Assembly (NCBI GenBank): GCA_963840035.1
Contig: CAWIXE010000002.1
Span: forward strand, 1,184,001-1,248,000
Direction: 5' to 3'
Length of the DNA stretch: 64,000 nt
Source of the DNA: a candidate division FCPU426 bacterium
GTDB taxonomy: Bacteria > Oederibacteriota > PGYV01 > Palsa-1178
Both the position numbers and the translations under genes were made by a program. The notes beneath the pieces were generated by a model. It was not told where the DNA came from. It saw nothing but the letters and a program-made list of their open reading frames with translations, and did no database searches. Below, in pieces: positions 38,729-48,861 of the stretch (position 1 is the first letter of the stretch; every line of letters begins with the position of its first letter).

Positions 38729-40675
38729 TTAACTCAGCTTCATATACTCCTCTATCGAAGTAGTACCCTGCAGTACTTTTAAAAGCGCGTCTTCCTTTAA
38801 GGAATTCATGCCCGCTTTTTTATTCTCTTCCTTTACCTTTTTAACAGGCTCACCTGATACGAGCAGGTCCTTTATCTTTTCAGATATGGGCAGGAGCTCA
38901 AATACGGCGGTTCTTCCCTTATAGCCGGTTCCGGCGCACGCCTGGCAGCCGTTGCCTTTATGCAGCATTACCTGTTTGTTCGCGGTTGTTCCGCCCAGAG
39001 CTTTTACTATGTCAGGCGGCGCCTCATATGATACCCTGCACCTGTCGCAGACTTTCCTTATAAGGCGCTGGGTTAAAACAGCCATGGTGCTTGAATAAAC
39101 CACGTATGGCTCTATGCCGAAATTCACTATGGTCTGGAGCGCCTGATAAGGGTCATTGGCGCGGATACCGGCAATAACAAGATGCCCGCTTGATATCATG
39201 TCAAAGACCGCCTCTGCTGTTTCCTTATTGGGTATGTCCCCGACCGATATGACGTCGCAATCCTGCTCAGCCAGATAGCGCAGCACCTGTCCGTAGCTCT
39301 TGCTTGAAACCTTGGTCTGGTTTATTCCCGGTATAATATAGTTTGATGTCGTGTCGTCTATGGTAAATATGTTCACGCTGGGAGTATTCAGCTCAGACAA
39401 CGTGGAATACATGGTGGTGGCTTTTCCGCTGTTCGTCGGCCCCGATATAAGTATAAGCCCGTATGGAAGTTTTATTTCCTTCCTGAACAGGTCAAGGACC
39501 GGGTCGTCCATGCCCAGCGACGCGAGCGGTATTATGGTGGAGTCCTGCCTCATGATGCGCAGCACTATTTTCTCGCCAAACACCGTCGGAAATGTATAAA
39601 CAGCCATATTAATTTCCTTGCCCGCAACCCTTATCTTCAGTTTTGATTCCTGCGGCGCGTTCTTTTCAGCCACGTTCATCTGCGCCAGTTCTTTTATTTT
39701 GTTTAACAGCCCGGTGTATAAAGTCTTCGGCGGCGAATCCACTTCGTAAAGCGCTCCGTCTATCCTGCGCCTGATCCTGCACCTGTCCGGGAACGGCTCC
39801 ACGTGAATATCAGTGGCGTTCGCGTCATAGGCGTCAGATATGAGTGTCGTTAAAAATGAATTAACCGGGGTATCCGCGGACATCGATGACGGCGCCGGCT
39901 GCGGAGCCGAGTATTGCGGCGCTGGCGGCTGGTACTGCGGCTGCTCGATAGGCGGAAGCGGGTCATTGCGCTGGGCCTGGGCGTACGCGGGCTGAGGCGG
40001 CGGGTTATAAGCCGGCTGCGGCGCCTGGTACTGCGGCTGAGGCGGCGGGTTGTAAGAAGGCTGCGGCGCCTGCTGCTGCGGCCTCGGCGCTTCTTCCCTG
40101 CGCTGCTCATTGCCGTAAGGCGAGCGTGATATTTTTAAAGCCGGCTCTTCATGGTGCTGTCTGCCCATGGGCGCCGAAAGTATGTCGTCAAGTTCGTCCA
40201 CTTTTGCCCTTGCTATCTCGCCGGTCTCCTCTTCCTTGAAACCGAAATATTTATCCAGGTTCTTTTTAATATCCTCGGGCGGCGCGAGCCTCGTGTCTAT
40301 CTCGCTGCGCGTAGTTGCTTTTAAGTCATCCACAACCAAAAAGTTAAGAGGGTCTGCCATGGCAACGGTTATTACCCGTCCCTGTTTTGACACGGGGATT
40401 AAGCGCTCATTTCTCATTAACTGCTCCGGCAGCGTCCTTAAAACGTCCTGCTTTATATCATGAACTTCATCAAGATTAATAAAAGGCACTCCCATCTGAT
40501 AGCCGAGGAAGGTCCATAAAATCTCCTTGGAAATATACCTCATTTTTATAAGGATTTGCCCTATCTTATCCCCCGACCGCTTCTGTTCTTCGAGGGCATC
40601 CTTTAACTGTTCTTTAGTAATAATCCCCTCTTCAAGGAGCATTTCGCCTATGAGCATGTTCTTTGGTTTGTTCAT
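38729..40675 (-). CDS. GspE/PilB-family secretion ATPase homolog with MshEN-like N-terminus; catalytic motifs degenerate
   Basis: IGEMLLEEG..., AMADP, DIHVEP, RRRIDG, GEKIVLR, tetra-Cys CDRC/CQAC, GYKGRTAVFE; Walker A reads GPTNSGKA. Confidence 0.85.
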   Translation of the reverse strand: MNKPKNMLIGEMLLEEGIITKEQLKDALEEQKRSGDKIGQILIKMRYISKEILWTFLGYQMGVPFINLDEVHDIKQDVLRTLPEQLMRNERLIPVSKQGRVITVAMADPLNFLVVDDLKATTRSEIDTRLAPPEDIKKNLDKYFGFKEEETGEIARAKVDELDDILSAPMGRQHHEEPALKISRSPYGNEQRREEAPRPQQQAPQPSYNPPPQPQYQAPQPAYNPPPQPAYAQAQRNDPLPPIEQPQYQPPAPQYSAPQPAPSSMSADTPVNSFLTTLISDAYDANATDIHVEPFPDRCRIRRRIDGALYEVDSPPKTLYTGLLNKIKELAQMNVAEKNAPQESKLKIRVAGKEINMAVYTFPTVFGEKIVLRIMRQDSTIIPLASLGMDDPVLDLFRKEIKLPYGLILISGPTNSGKATTMYSTLSELNTPSVNIFTIDDTTSNYIIPGINQTKVSSKSYGQVLRYLAEQDCDVISVGDIPNKETAEAVFDMISSGHLVIAGIRANDPYQALQTIVNFGIEPYVVYSSTMAVLTQRLIRKVCDRCRVSYEAPPDIVKALGGTTANKQVMLHKGNGCQACAGTGYKGRTAVFELLPISEKIKDLLVSGEPVKKVKEENKKAGMNSLKEDALLKVLQGTTSIEEYMKLS

Positions 40676-40678
40676 TTT

Positions 40679-42382
40679 TTACCTCTCTTTTTTCTTGAAT
40701 ATGTCGAAAATTGAGGATTTCTTTTTCGGGTCAGAGCCCTCTCCGGGCAGCCCCTCTTCGCCGCGTGATTCTTCCTCTTTGTACTCCTGATTTGCCTGCG
40801 CCGGTTTTCCCGATGATATTTTCTTTGCAAACTCGTCGCCGATGTCTTTTTTCATCTTGTCAACTTCGCTGCCCGAGAGACCGGAGTCCGGAGTTATCTT
40901 GATGGCCTGTTCCTTGCCTGTTGACTGGTCCTTTGCAGTAACCCGCAGCATCCCGTTCGCGTCTATGTCAAATATGACATCTATCTTCGCTGTGCCTTTT
41001 TTGCCGGGAGGTATTCCCACCAGGTCAAAAGTTCCAATCATTTTATTATCAGCGGCCATGGGTTTCTCGCCCTGGTATACTTCTATGCGCACAAAGGACT
41101 GGTCATCCTTTGTCGTGGTATAGTTCTCGCTTTTCCTCGTGGGGATGGATGAGTTCTTTTCGATTATCTTTGAAAATATGCCGCCCTCTGTCTTGATGCC
41201 CAGCGAAAAAGCCGTGACATCCAGCAGCAATATATCCCTTATGTCCCCTTTTAATACGGACGCCTGGTGCGCCGCGCCCGCGGCTACAGCCTCATCGGGA
41301 TTTAAGCCGGTATAAGGCTCTTTTTTAAATATCCTCGCGACAACGCTCCTGACAAGGGGCATTTTTGTCTGGCCGCCTACAAGAACGACTTCATCAATGT
41401 CTGAAGGCCTGAGCCCCGCGCCGACAAGCGCTTTCTCGCACGGGCCGGCGGTCCTCTCCGCGATGTCCGAAGTAATCTGCTCGAGCTGTTCCCTGGTGAG
41501 TATGGCCTGAAGGTGCTTGGGGCCGTCCTTTGATACCGCGATAAACTGCAGTGTTATCTCGACTGAATCAAGGGTGGAGAGGTTTATCTTTGCCTTTTCC
41601 GCCGCGTCTTTTAAGCGCTGCAGGGCAACCCTGTCGTTCCTTAAGTCTATCCCTTCCTTATTATAAAAATCATCTATGAGGAAGTCTATGACTGCCTGGT
41701 CAAAATCATCCCCGCCTAAGTGCGTATCGCCTGAAGTGGACATGACCTCAAATATGCCCTGGCCGAGCTTTAAGATGGACACATCGAACGTGCCTCCGCC
41801 AAGGTCATAAATTACGACTTTCATTTTGTTTTTGGAATCAAAGCCCGAGGCGAGCGCCGCCGCCGTGGGTTCATTGATGATCCTGACCACATCAAGCCCG
41901 GCTATCTTTCCGGCATCCTTGGTGGCCTGTCTCTGGGAATCATTAAAATACGCCGGCACGGTTATGACCGCTTTTTCCACCGGTTCGTGAAGGTAATTTT
42001 CCGCGTCCCTTTTAAGCTTCATGAGGGTCATGGCTGATATTTCAGGGGGCGAATACAGCTTTCCTAAAACTTCCACGCGCACATCGCCGTTATCAGCCGG
42101 CTTTAAGGCGTACGGTATGAGCTTTATGTCATTTGCCACTACCCGGTCATTGTATTTCATACCCATAAAACGCTTTATGGAAAAAACCGTGTTTTCAGGG
42201 TTCATTACCTGCTGCCTTTTGGCGGCGTTGCCGACCAAAATGGTGCCTTCCTTTGTAAAGGCCACAACCGAAGGAGTTGTCTTAAAGCCCTCGTCATTCG
42301 GGACTATTAAGAGCCGCCCGTCCTCCATGATGCCCACGCACGAATTGGTCGTGCCAAGGTCTATGCCGATTATCTTTGCCAT
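40679..42382 (-). CDS. dnaK: Hsp70/DnaK-family chaperone paralog lacking most of the helical lid
   Basis: [39 protein letters not shown] linker and SBD-beta; only 567 aa. Confidence 0.85.
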   Translation of the reverse strand: MAKIIGIDLGTTNSCVGIMEDGRLLIVPNDEGFKTTPSVVAFTKEGTILVGNAAKRQQVMNPENTVFSIKRFMGMKYNDRVVANDIKLIPYALKPADNGDVRVEVLGKLYSPPEISAMTLMKLKRDAENYLHEPVEKAVITVPAYFNDSQRQATKDAGKIAGLDVVRIINEPTAAALASGFDSKNKMKVVIYDLGGGTFDVSILKLGQGIFEVMSTSGDTHLGGDDFDQAVIDFLIDDFYNKEGIDLRNDRVALQRLKDAAEKAKINLSTLDSVEITLQFIAVSKDGPKHLQAILTREQLEQITSDIAERTAGPCEKALVGAGLRPSDIDEVVLVGGQTKMPLVRSVVARIFKKEPYTGLNPDEAVAAGAAHQASVLKGDIRDILLLDVTAFSLGIKTEGGIFSKIIEKNSSIPTRKSENYTTTKDDQSFVRIEVYQGEKPMAADNKMIGTFDLVGIPPGKKGTAKIDVIFDIDANGMLRVTAKDQSTGKEQAIKITPDSGLSGSEVDKMKKDIGDEFAKKISSGKPAQANQEYKEEESRGEEGLPGEGSDPKKKSSIFDIFKKKER

Positions 42383-42401
42383 TAAATATTTCTCCCCTTT
42401 A

Positions 42402-42965
42402 CTATGTTTTTCTTATCTTATCGAGTTCCTTTATAAGTTCCGCAAGTTTGTCGATGGCCCTTAAAAACTGCTGGTTTTCCGGGGCAAGTTTATTTGCCTC
42501 CCTGAAAGCCCTCATGGCCTCAGGAAGCTTGTTCGTGGCAAAATAAATAACCCCCATGTTATAAACAGCCTCGGGCAGCTGGTATATGCCGAATGCCTGC
42601 TGAAATTTCAAAAGCGCGGCGGCTTTCTGCGCCTCAAAGAGCTCGACGCCTTCCGCGAAACACGCGCAGGCTTCCTCGAACTTCTTCTTGTCGCCCATCT
42701 GAAATATATTAAACTTGATCTCAGCCGGCTTTTCCCTGAGCGTGGCGAATATCAGGAAATTATAGATCTTCCTGCGCATGGGGTCCGTGAGTATCTTATA
42801 CGCGGCCACCACTTCCGAAGTCTTCTCATGCGCCCAGTCAGGCCTGTCCGGATTATGGTCAGGATGATACTTATACAGCATGTTCCGGAAAGCGCCTTCT
42901 ATCTCATCCTGCGTCGCCGCCGGAAAAACCTCTAGGATCTCGTAGTAGTTCAGTTTCTTCGCCAT
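42402..42965 (-). CDS. J-domain co-chaperone with C-terminal TPR
   Basis: [27 protein letters not shown]-like AVYNMGVIY...A...LAPEN. Confidence 0.85.
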   Translation of the reverse strand: MAKKLNYYEILEVFPAATQDEIEGAFRNMLYKYHPDHNPDRPDWAHEKTSEVVAAYKILTDPMRRKIYNFLIFATLREKPAEIKFNIFQMGDKKKFEEACACFAEGVELFEAQKAAALLKFQQAFGIYQLPEAVYNMGVIYFATNKLPEAMRAFREANKLAPENQQFLRAIDKLAELIKELDKIRKT

Positions 42966-43030
42966 TTGACCTTTTCCTTTTGACCTTTGTTCTATGACTT
43001 CATTTTAAGTTTTCAGCTTTAAGCTTTAAG

Positions 43031-44482
43031 TTAGAATTTCGTCCCTTTCAATTTCATAAGCTCCACAGTCCCGCCTTCGGGCATGGCGACCGTGTCTACC
43101 CTGTCATACATGGCCAGCGTAGCCGTGCCTTCGGCAATATCGTGCGTGGCATATATGTCCGTGGCATACTGTTTTTTTCCGCCGTATTTGGCGGCAAATG
43201 CCAGGTAATCCTTTATGACGTTAAATTTCTCAATTGAAACCTTGTCGGCAAAATTCTTGGCGACATTGCCGCCGACCATTATGAAATTTACCGAGAAATC
43301 CTCTACCGCGTATCCAAGGGTAAGTTTCGCCTTTACCATCTGAACGAGTTCTTTCCTGATCTCAACAGTGGAAATAAGCGCCCTTCTCATGTCATCCTTA
43401 TGCTTGAAAGGATACCCGAAGCTTAAAAGTATAAACCTCTCCGTTACTTTGAACACTGCCCCCTGGTACTCAAGCGCGGTCATGGAGATGCGGTCCACAA
43501 GCTTTTCGATGATGGACTTCATTTCCTCGCTCATTAGTTCGTATGTGAAATTCATGAAGGCCGATGTGTCTATGAAAATAAAGATCGTCCTGTTTTCGTC
43601 GCCTTTTGACGGCGGCGCGTATCCCCTTGTAAGCTTATCTGTCATTTCCTGGTATGTCAGGACCTTATACGCTTTCTTTATATCATCCATGTCCTTTAAC
43701 CCGTCAGCCACTGTTTCAAAGGCCTCTTTTATCCTTACCTTTTCCTTAAGTTCCACTATCATCCTGTTAAAATCATCAGCCAAAACCCCGACTTCGTCGT
43801 TTGCCGGCACCGACACTTCCACCTGCAGGTCGCCTTCCGCGACTTTCCTCATGCCCGCGGCTATTATATTAAAATTGGTGGTTATGAACTTGGCCAGGTA
43901 CCAGGCGCCGAGCCAACCGACAACAAGCACCAGCAGGGCTAAAAGCACGGTATTTAAGACCATTATGTTCTGCTTGTGATAAAGGTCATATTTGGAATAT
44001 TTGATTACCAGTGTGGCCAGCTGCACATCCTTGCCTTTTGTTTTGAATTTTCCGACAAGTTTTAAGACATCATTGACTTTAGTATCCAGGAGCTCTTTCG
44101 CCGCCTTGTTCTTATCCGGCGCAATCTTTACTGACTTGAACTTATTCTTTATCAGTTCATCATTTATAATGGACGCCGTAACATTATCCCTGCCGTCGAC
44201 TATGGCCATAAAGAGTATGGACTTTTCCACAGCCGCTATCTGCTTCATGTAACTTTCATAAAGCGTCCAGTTGGTGCCGTCTTTTGTGTAAGCAAAGCGC
44301 CACATGGCCCCCAGTATCTTGGTGGCGCGCATGGCTGAGACCTTCATCTCGGATATGGACTGCCGCCAGTTCATGGCCATATAGTAACCGACTATGGTGG
44401 ACAAACTTATGATCAGCAAAGTGAATATAAGAATGGTTATCTTATACTGCAGGCTGAACTTAATTTTCCTTCTTGTCGCCAT
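43031..44482 (-). CDS. Membrane sensor with HAMP and a degenerate class III nucleotide cyclase-like domain
   Basis: Two TM segments; HAMP (DEVGVLADDFNRM); IFIDTSAF and YQGAVFKVTERFILLSFGYP align with the cyclase fold but the GD motif is lost. Confidence 0.65.
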   Translation of the reverse strand: MATRRKIKFSLQYKITILIFTLLIISLSTIVGYYMAMNWRQSISEMKVSAMRATKILGAMWRFAYTKDGTNWTLYESYMKQIAAVEKSILFMAIVDGRDNVTASIINDELIKNKFKSVKIAPDKNKAAKELLDTKVNDVLKLVGKFKTKGKDVQLATLVIKYSKYDLYHKQNIMVLNTVLLALLVLVVGWLGAWYLAKFITTNFNIIAAGMRKVAEGDLQVEVSVPANDEVGVLADDFNRMIVELKEKVRIKEAFETVADGLKDMDDIKKAYKVLTYQEMTDKLTRGYAPPSKGDENRTIFIFIDTSAFMNFTYELMSEEMKSIIEKLVDRISMTALEYQGAVFKVTERFILLSFGYPFKHKDDMRRALISTVEIRKELVQMVKAKLTLGYAVEDFSVNFIMVGGNVAKNFADKVSIEKFNVIKDYLAFAAKYGGKKQYATDIYATHDIAEGTATLAMYDRVDTVAMPEGGTVELMKLKGTKF

Positions 44483-44497
44483 TTATTCTGTTTCCCC

Positions 44498-45862
44498 TTA
44501 TTTGGCTACGGATTCAAGGGCGTAAAAAGAACTTTCCGTATCGCCAAAATATATGATGCTGTCTTCCCCGATTATGGAGCACGCTATGGAATAATCATAT
44601 TTCTGCGACCACTTCTTCTCGCCTGACTTGGTATCAAACGCGCAGACTTCCTTGCCTGCCGCCATATATATCAGGTTATTGACTATGAACGGGGCTGTCA
44701 GGACTTTGCCTTCAACCGGGGTCTTCCACAGGAGTTTTCCGGCGTCCGCGCTTATAGCGTAGACGTTCCTGTCGTTTGACCCGGCAAAGAAAACGCCGTC
44801 TTTGACCGCGCCTGTGGTAATCCAGCCTTCGGCCTGAAAGGCCCACTTAATCGCGCCGCTTAACGAATCAACTGCGTATATTTTTTTGTCGTCAGACCCG
44901 AAATACAGGGTGCCTTCATTTTCAACAGGGCTTGATGCCACAGCTTTTAAGGTCGTATATTGCCACGCCACTTTTCCGTCCTCCGCGCTTAATGCGTACA
45001 TGTTGCCGTCGGTGCATCCTATGTATACCATGCCGTTTGCCACGCAAGGCGACGAAACTATGGGCGCGCCCGCGGCGGCTTTCCATACCTGCTCGCCGGT
45101 CTGCCTGTTTAAAGCCACGATGTTATTATCAAACGTCCCCACTATGACCTTGCCGGAGAAAAGCGCCGGCGAAGAGCCCTGGATGCTTGCCCCGATTTTT
45201 TTGGACCACAAGGCTTTTCCGGTGGATGCTGACACGGCGTAAACCATGCCAGTTTCAGTGCCGAAATAAAGCGTGCCTCCGTAAAGGGCTGCCGAGGATG
45301 ATATGAGGCCCTGTACCGGCAATTTCCATGCTGCCTGTCCCGTGGCTTTGTCTATGGCGTAAAAAGTATTGTCAGTCCCGCCTATATAAATATTATCAGC
45401 GTCCATAACAGGCGAAGCTTTAAATCCGCCGGCCGTGGCCTTGAACTTCCACTTAAAATCAAGGGGCGGCATAATATTATAACCGCTATAAAAATCATGG
45501 CTGGCTGTGCCCCGGAACATGGACCAGACATATTTGCCTTTATCAGCCTTGGTCTCCGTAACTTTTTTTGAGGCCTGGACTATTTCCTTCTGCTGTACGG
45601 CTATCTGCTGTTCGAGTTTCTTTACCTCTTCAGAGGCGCCGCCTGTCTTTGAGGCCTTCTTTGCCGCTTTTACCTGCTGCTGCATTTTTACAAGCTGCTG
45701 GGTCTGTTCGCTTATTTTTTTCTGCGCGGATTCAATGGCTTTGATGTCCTCGCTGACATTAATATCTATGCTTGCGGTCTCCTCAGGCTGGCCGCCGAAA
45801 CACCCTGATAAAATCAGCATAAGGCCTGCGGCAAATCCGATAACAATGTGGTTAAATCGCAT
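44498..45862 (-). CDS. Lipoprotein with coiled coil and PQQ-like (BamB-type) beta-propeller repeats
   Basis: Lipobox LSGC; repeated SSP...YxG..D..xYA.DA..G...W units. Confidence 0.85.
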   Translation of the reverse strand: MRFNHIVIGFAAGLMLILSGCFGGQPEETASIDINVSEDIKAIESAQKKISEQTQQLVKMQQQVKAAKKASKTGGASEEVKKLEQQIAVQQKEIVQASKKVTETKADKGKYVWSMFRGTASHDFYSGYNIMPPLDFKWKFKATAGGFKASPVMDADNIYIGGTDNTFYAIDKATGQAAWKLPVQGLISSSAALYGGTLYFGTETGMVYAVSASTGKALWSKKIGASIQGSSPALFSGKVIVGTFDNNIVALNRQTGEQVWKAAAGAPIVSSPCVANGMVYIGCTDGNMYALSAEDGKVAWQYTTLKAVASSPVENEGTLYFGSDDKKIYAVDSLSGAIKWAFQAEGWITTGAVKDGVFFAGSNDRNVYAISADAGKLLWKTPVEGKVLTAPFIVNNLIYMAAGKEVCAFDTKSGEKKWSQKYDYSIACSIIGEDSIIYFGDTESSFYALESVAK

Positions 45863-45980
45863 AAAAACCCCTTTCCGGGCATATTTATATATTTTTTAAC
45901 GGAAATGCATATAGGTATACCGTTAAAAAACAAAAAAGCCTTTGTTTTAATAGAATTTTCTCTATTTTAACTGCTGATAT

Positions 45981-46009
45981 ATAATAGCAAAATAATGGCG
46001 GGGTGTCAA
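45981..46009 (-). promoter_or_regulatory. Sigma70-type promoter for the lipoprotein-cyclase-J-Hsp70-PilB operon
   Basis: TTGACA (46004-46009), 17 nt spacer, TATTAT (45981-45986) preceded by TG. Confidence 0.6.
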
Positions 46010-46022
46010 TTGGACAAAAGGG

Positions 46023-46208
46023 CGAATTTTCTATTTTGAATTTTCAATTTTCTATCAGGAAATACAGGGATTTTAAGTAAAGACCTTATAATTGTTAGCA
46101 TTTATAGTTCTATTTAGATTTATGTCCAGAAGCAAAAACGGGCGGATAAAATCCGCCCGTTTTTGCTTTTTATAATCCAAAATTGAAAATTGAAAATATA
46201 AAATTGTA
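46023..46208. repeat. Heptamer-based intergenic inverted repeat enclosing a terminator
   Basis: CGAATTTTCTATTTTGAATTTTCAATTTT ... AAAATTGAAAATTGAAAATATAAAATTG. Confidence 0.7.
46130..46168 (-). terminator. Intrinsic terminator after the PilZ gene
   Basis: AAGCAAAAACGGGCGGAT-aaa-ATCCGCCCGTTTTTGCTT. Confidence 0.8.
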
Positions 46209-46209
46209 T

Positions 46210-46572
46210 TTACGAAAGTATTTCCTCTATAAGCGCCTTATCCGCGTCCTTAAGTATGAGAAATTCCAGTCCAAAGGTCTTCATATCCCCTTCGCCCCTG
46301 ACCCATTTGATCTCGGCAAAAGTGGTAATCGGTTCCGGCCTTGTATCGAGCACGACTTCAAGCCTTATAATCTCGCCCGGCATTCCCGACATGGCTCCGG
46401 CAGCCCTGATACCGCCCAGGCTTATATCAAAACTTTCGCCCTCAAGCTTTGTAGCTGAAATTTTTATTTCGCGGGCTTCGTCTTCGCCCGAGATAACCTT
46501 GTATGTGACTTTGCATTTTTTATCGACCCTTTTATGCCTTCTTCTCTCTATGTATAAATCCGCGTTTTCCAT
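46210..46572 (-). CDS. PilZ domain protein (c-di-GMP receptor)
   Basis: ERRRHKR (RxxxR) and DISLGG (DxSxxG) motifs, GLEF. Confidence 0.88.
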   Translation of the reverse strand: MENADLYIERRRHKRVDKKCKVTYKVISGEDEAREIKISATKLEGESFDISLGGIRAAGAMSGMPGEIIRLEVVLDTRPEPITTFAEIKWVRGEGDMKTFGLEFLILKDADKALIEEILS

Positions 46573-46577
46573 GATTA

Positions 46578-47807
46578 TTAACCCCCCGGTTTGATTTGCT
46601 GTTCAAACTCGCGGGATTTCTCCGCAAGCCTTGTAACAGTCGACATGTTCTCCCTTATCCTGCCAAAGACCACGTCAATATTTGTGTTTAACAACTTCAG
46701 CCTGTCGCTCACCTTTACGGTGAGCACCTTAAGAAGGTCATTATCTATCCTATATTCCTCAGCGGCCGAGTAAACATCGCCCAGCATCCTTGAATTCTCG
46801 GCAAGCGAAGTGACAATGTTGACAAATGAATCACTGGCCTTATAAACCACATTAACGGCATCCTCGATCTTTGACTGGCCGCTTATTACATTTACCGCTT
46901 CCCTTGCGAGCTCCTCAGTGCTGGTTAAAAACACCGTCATTTCCTGTGTGGCCATGGTGGCCGCTTCGGCAAGCTCCCTTATCTGCTGGGCTACCACCGC
47001 GAAACTTTTCCCGGCCTCTCCGGCCCTGGCCGCCTCAATGGCCGCGTTTAAAGAAAGCAGGTTCGTCTTCTTCGCGATATCCGCGACAGTATCCACAATC
47101 TTTTTTGTTTCCTTGGAATTAACCCTGAGCTTGCTTATGACCACGGACGATTCGGAAACCGCCTCCCTTATGTTGCCCATGGCCTGTATTTCCGCCCCGG
47201 TATCGCGGCTGCCCGCCTTTGCGATGGACACAATGGACTTCGTCGCGTCAGATATCCTCTTTATGTCGCCGATCATGGCATTTAATGCGGCCGTGACGTT
47301 ATTGATTATAGTGGCTGCTTTTTTTATGGAATCGGAATTGTCATTCACTTCTTTTTTTGCAACGGACATTTCCGTCAGCAAAGACTCGTTTTCCTTATTG
47401 ATGCGGTCAATGCCGGAAAAAATATTATCAACGCCCGTCGCGCAGGCCGTCATAAAAGCATTTCTTTCAGTCCTGGATTTGGCCACCTCAGCGGCGCTCA
47501 TGGCCACAAGGTCGTCAAAAGCCTTGAAACCCGAAGGCTCAAAAACCTGTTTTTTTATATTTTCAGCGGCTGTCTTATATAACTGTTTAATGCGGCTATC
47601 AACCAAATATACAAAAAGAGCCCCCATGCCGATTGCCAGGATTATGAGTACAAATATAAGGGCAATAAACTGCCTCAGATTTACGCCGACACCGGCCATG
47701 ATAATAACGCCGGTAACAAGCGTGCATATTGCGGGTATGGATACATAGGTTATAATTTCCGAATCTGAAAAAGACACCCTGAATAACTTTTGAAGGCTGT
47801 TTTTCAT
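46578..47807 (-). CDS. Methyl-accepting chemotaxis protein
   Basis: [37 protein letters not shown]; two closely spaced N-terminal TM segments. Confidence 0.9.
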   Translation of the reverse strand: MKNSLQKLFRVSFSDSEIITYVSIPAICTLVTGVIIMAGVGVNLRQFIALIFVLIILAIGMGALFVYLVDSRIKQLYKTAAENIKKQVFEPSGFKAFDDLVAMSAAEVAKSRTERNAFMTACATGVDNIFSGIDRINKENESLLTEMSVAKKEVNDNSDSIKKAATIINNVTAALNAMIGDIKRISDATKSIVSIAKAGSRDTGAEIQAMGNIREAVSESSVVISKLRVNSKETKKIVDTVADIAKKTNLLSLNAAIEAARAGEAGKSFAVVAQQIRELAEAATMATQEMTVFLTSTEELAREAVNVISGQSKIEDAVNVVYKASDSFVNIVTSLAENSRMLGDVYSAAEEYRIDNDLLKVLTVKVSDRLKLLNTNIDVVFGRIRENMSTVTRLAEKSREFEQQIKPGG

Positions 47808-47949
47808 GAATCCTCTTATACGCGTATTTTATAGGATAATTATAATATAAGGTGTTGGAAAAAACAATGTTTAAAGTGTTATACGAAAATCAAGTGATGC
47901 CGGCACATTATCTTATCTTCTCTTTTTATCCATTTTTCGTGCTGGCCAC

Positions 47950-48016
47950 CGCAGCCTTTAGGCTGCGCTATGCGGTTTTCTGTCCTGCGTTTCGCAACCT
48001 GAAGGCTGCGGCTGCC
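47950..48016. repeat. REP-like inverted doublet
   Basis: CGCAGCCTTTAGGCTGCG (47950-47967) and CGCAACCTGAAGGCTGCGGCTGCC (47993-48016). Confidence 0.55.
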
Positions 48017-48036
48017 AAAGCTTTGCCTTACGGAAC

Positions 48037-48477
48037 TTAACCGACAACTTTCTTCCCTGTCCCCGCGTACTTTACAAGTATGGTCTTATTCTTGTTTTTC
48101 AGCCTTCTGTAATATATCTTATCGCAGACAGTCTTTATCATCCTGATACCCAGTTTTCCTTTTATGCCCTTATCCACAAGCGTTTCTTTTGAAACAGGGT
48201 CATACTCAAGTATATTGTGCGGCAAACCCTTATCTATTATGACAGCGCTCACCCTGTCTTCTTCCACCACAATTTTAAGGAGTATCCTTCCAACCTTGTC
48301 CTTATACCCGTACCTTATAATGTTCTCGCAGAACTCATTAATAGCCAGCTCAAGGTAAATGACATCGTCATGGCTGACCGCCGCCCCGCTCCATTTGACG
48401 GACTGGGTAAAAAAAGCCCTTATGGTTGTAAGGTATTTCTCATCCGCAAGCATGTCTATCAGAAATATTCTTCTCAT
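48037..48477 (-). CDS. RsbW/SpoIIAB-like anti-sigma factor (HATPase_c_2)
   Basis: LELAINEFCENIIRYGY N-box, IIDKG, GKLGIRMIKTVCD. Confidence 0.82.
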   Translation of the reverse strand: MRRIFLIDMLADEKYLTTIRAFFTQSVKWSGAAVSHDDVIYLELAINEFCENIIRYGYKDKVGRILLKIVVEEDRVSAVIIDKGLPHNILEYDPVSKETLVDKGIKGKLGIRMIKTVCDKIYYRRLKNKNKTILVKYAGTGKKVVG

Positions 48478-48498
48478 TTGATAACCGCCTTTTTAGCT

Positions 48499-48840
48499 TT
48501 ACGAAAAACTTTTTACGGCCGCGTTCTCATCAGGGTACGAATCAATAAGGCTGTCAAATTCCATGAGAGTAAATATCTTCTCAACCTTTTCAATCATTGA
48601 CGAGAGCCTGATGTCGCCGCCTTTTTCCCGCAGTTTCCTTAAGTACGCCACAAATATTCCCCAGCCGGCTGAGCTTATGAACTCCACGCCGCCGAGGTTT
48701 ACCACCACCTTGTACTTGCCTTCGGTGTAGACTTTCTTGATCTTCTCTTCCATGGCCGACGCGGTTGACGTATCTATGAACCCGCAGGCCGTAAGGATGC
48801 ATACATCCCCGTTCTTTTTCTCGTCAATTGTAATGCTCAT
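48499..48840 (-). CDS. STAS anti-sigma-factor antagonist (RsbV/SpoIIAA-like)
   Basis: GFIDTSTA; VNLGGVEFISSAGW with the phospho-acceptor Ser. Confidence 0.9.
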   Translation of the reverse strand: MSITIDEKKNGDVCILTACGFIDTSTASAMEEKIKKVYTEGKYKVVVNLGGVEFISSAGWGIFVAYLRKLREKGGDIRLSSMIEKVEKIFTLMEFDSLIDSYPDENAAVKSFS

Positions 48841-48861
48841 GCTTTCCTCCCGGTATTTGTA

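Noticed and set aside
46918..47748. 276-aa plus-strand ORF
   Set aside because: Antisense shadow of the MCP gene.
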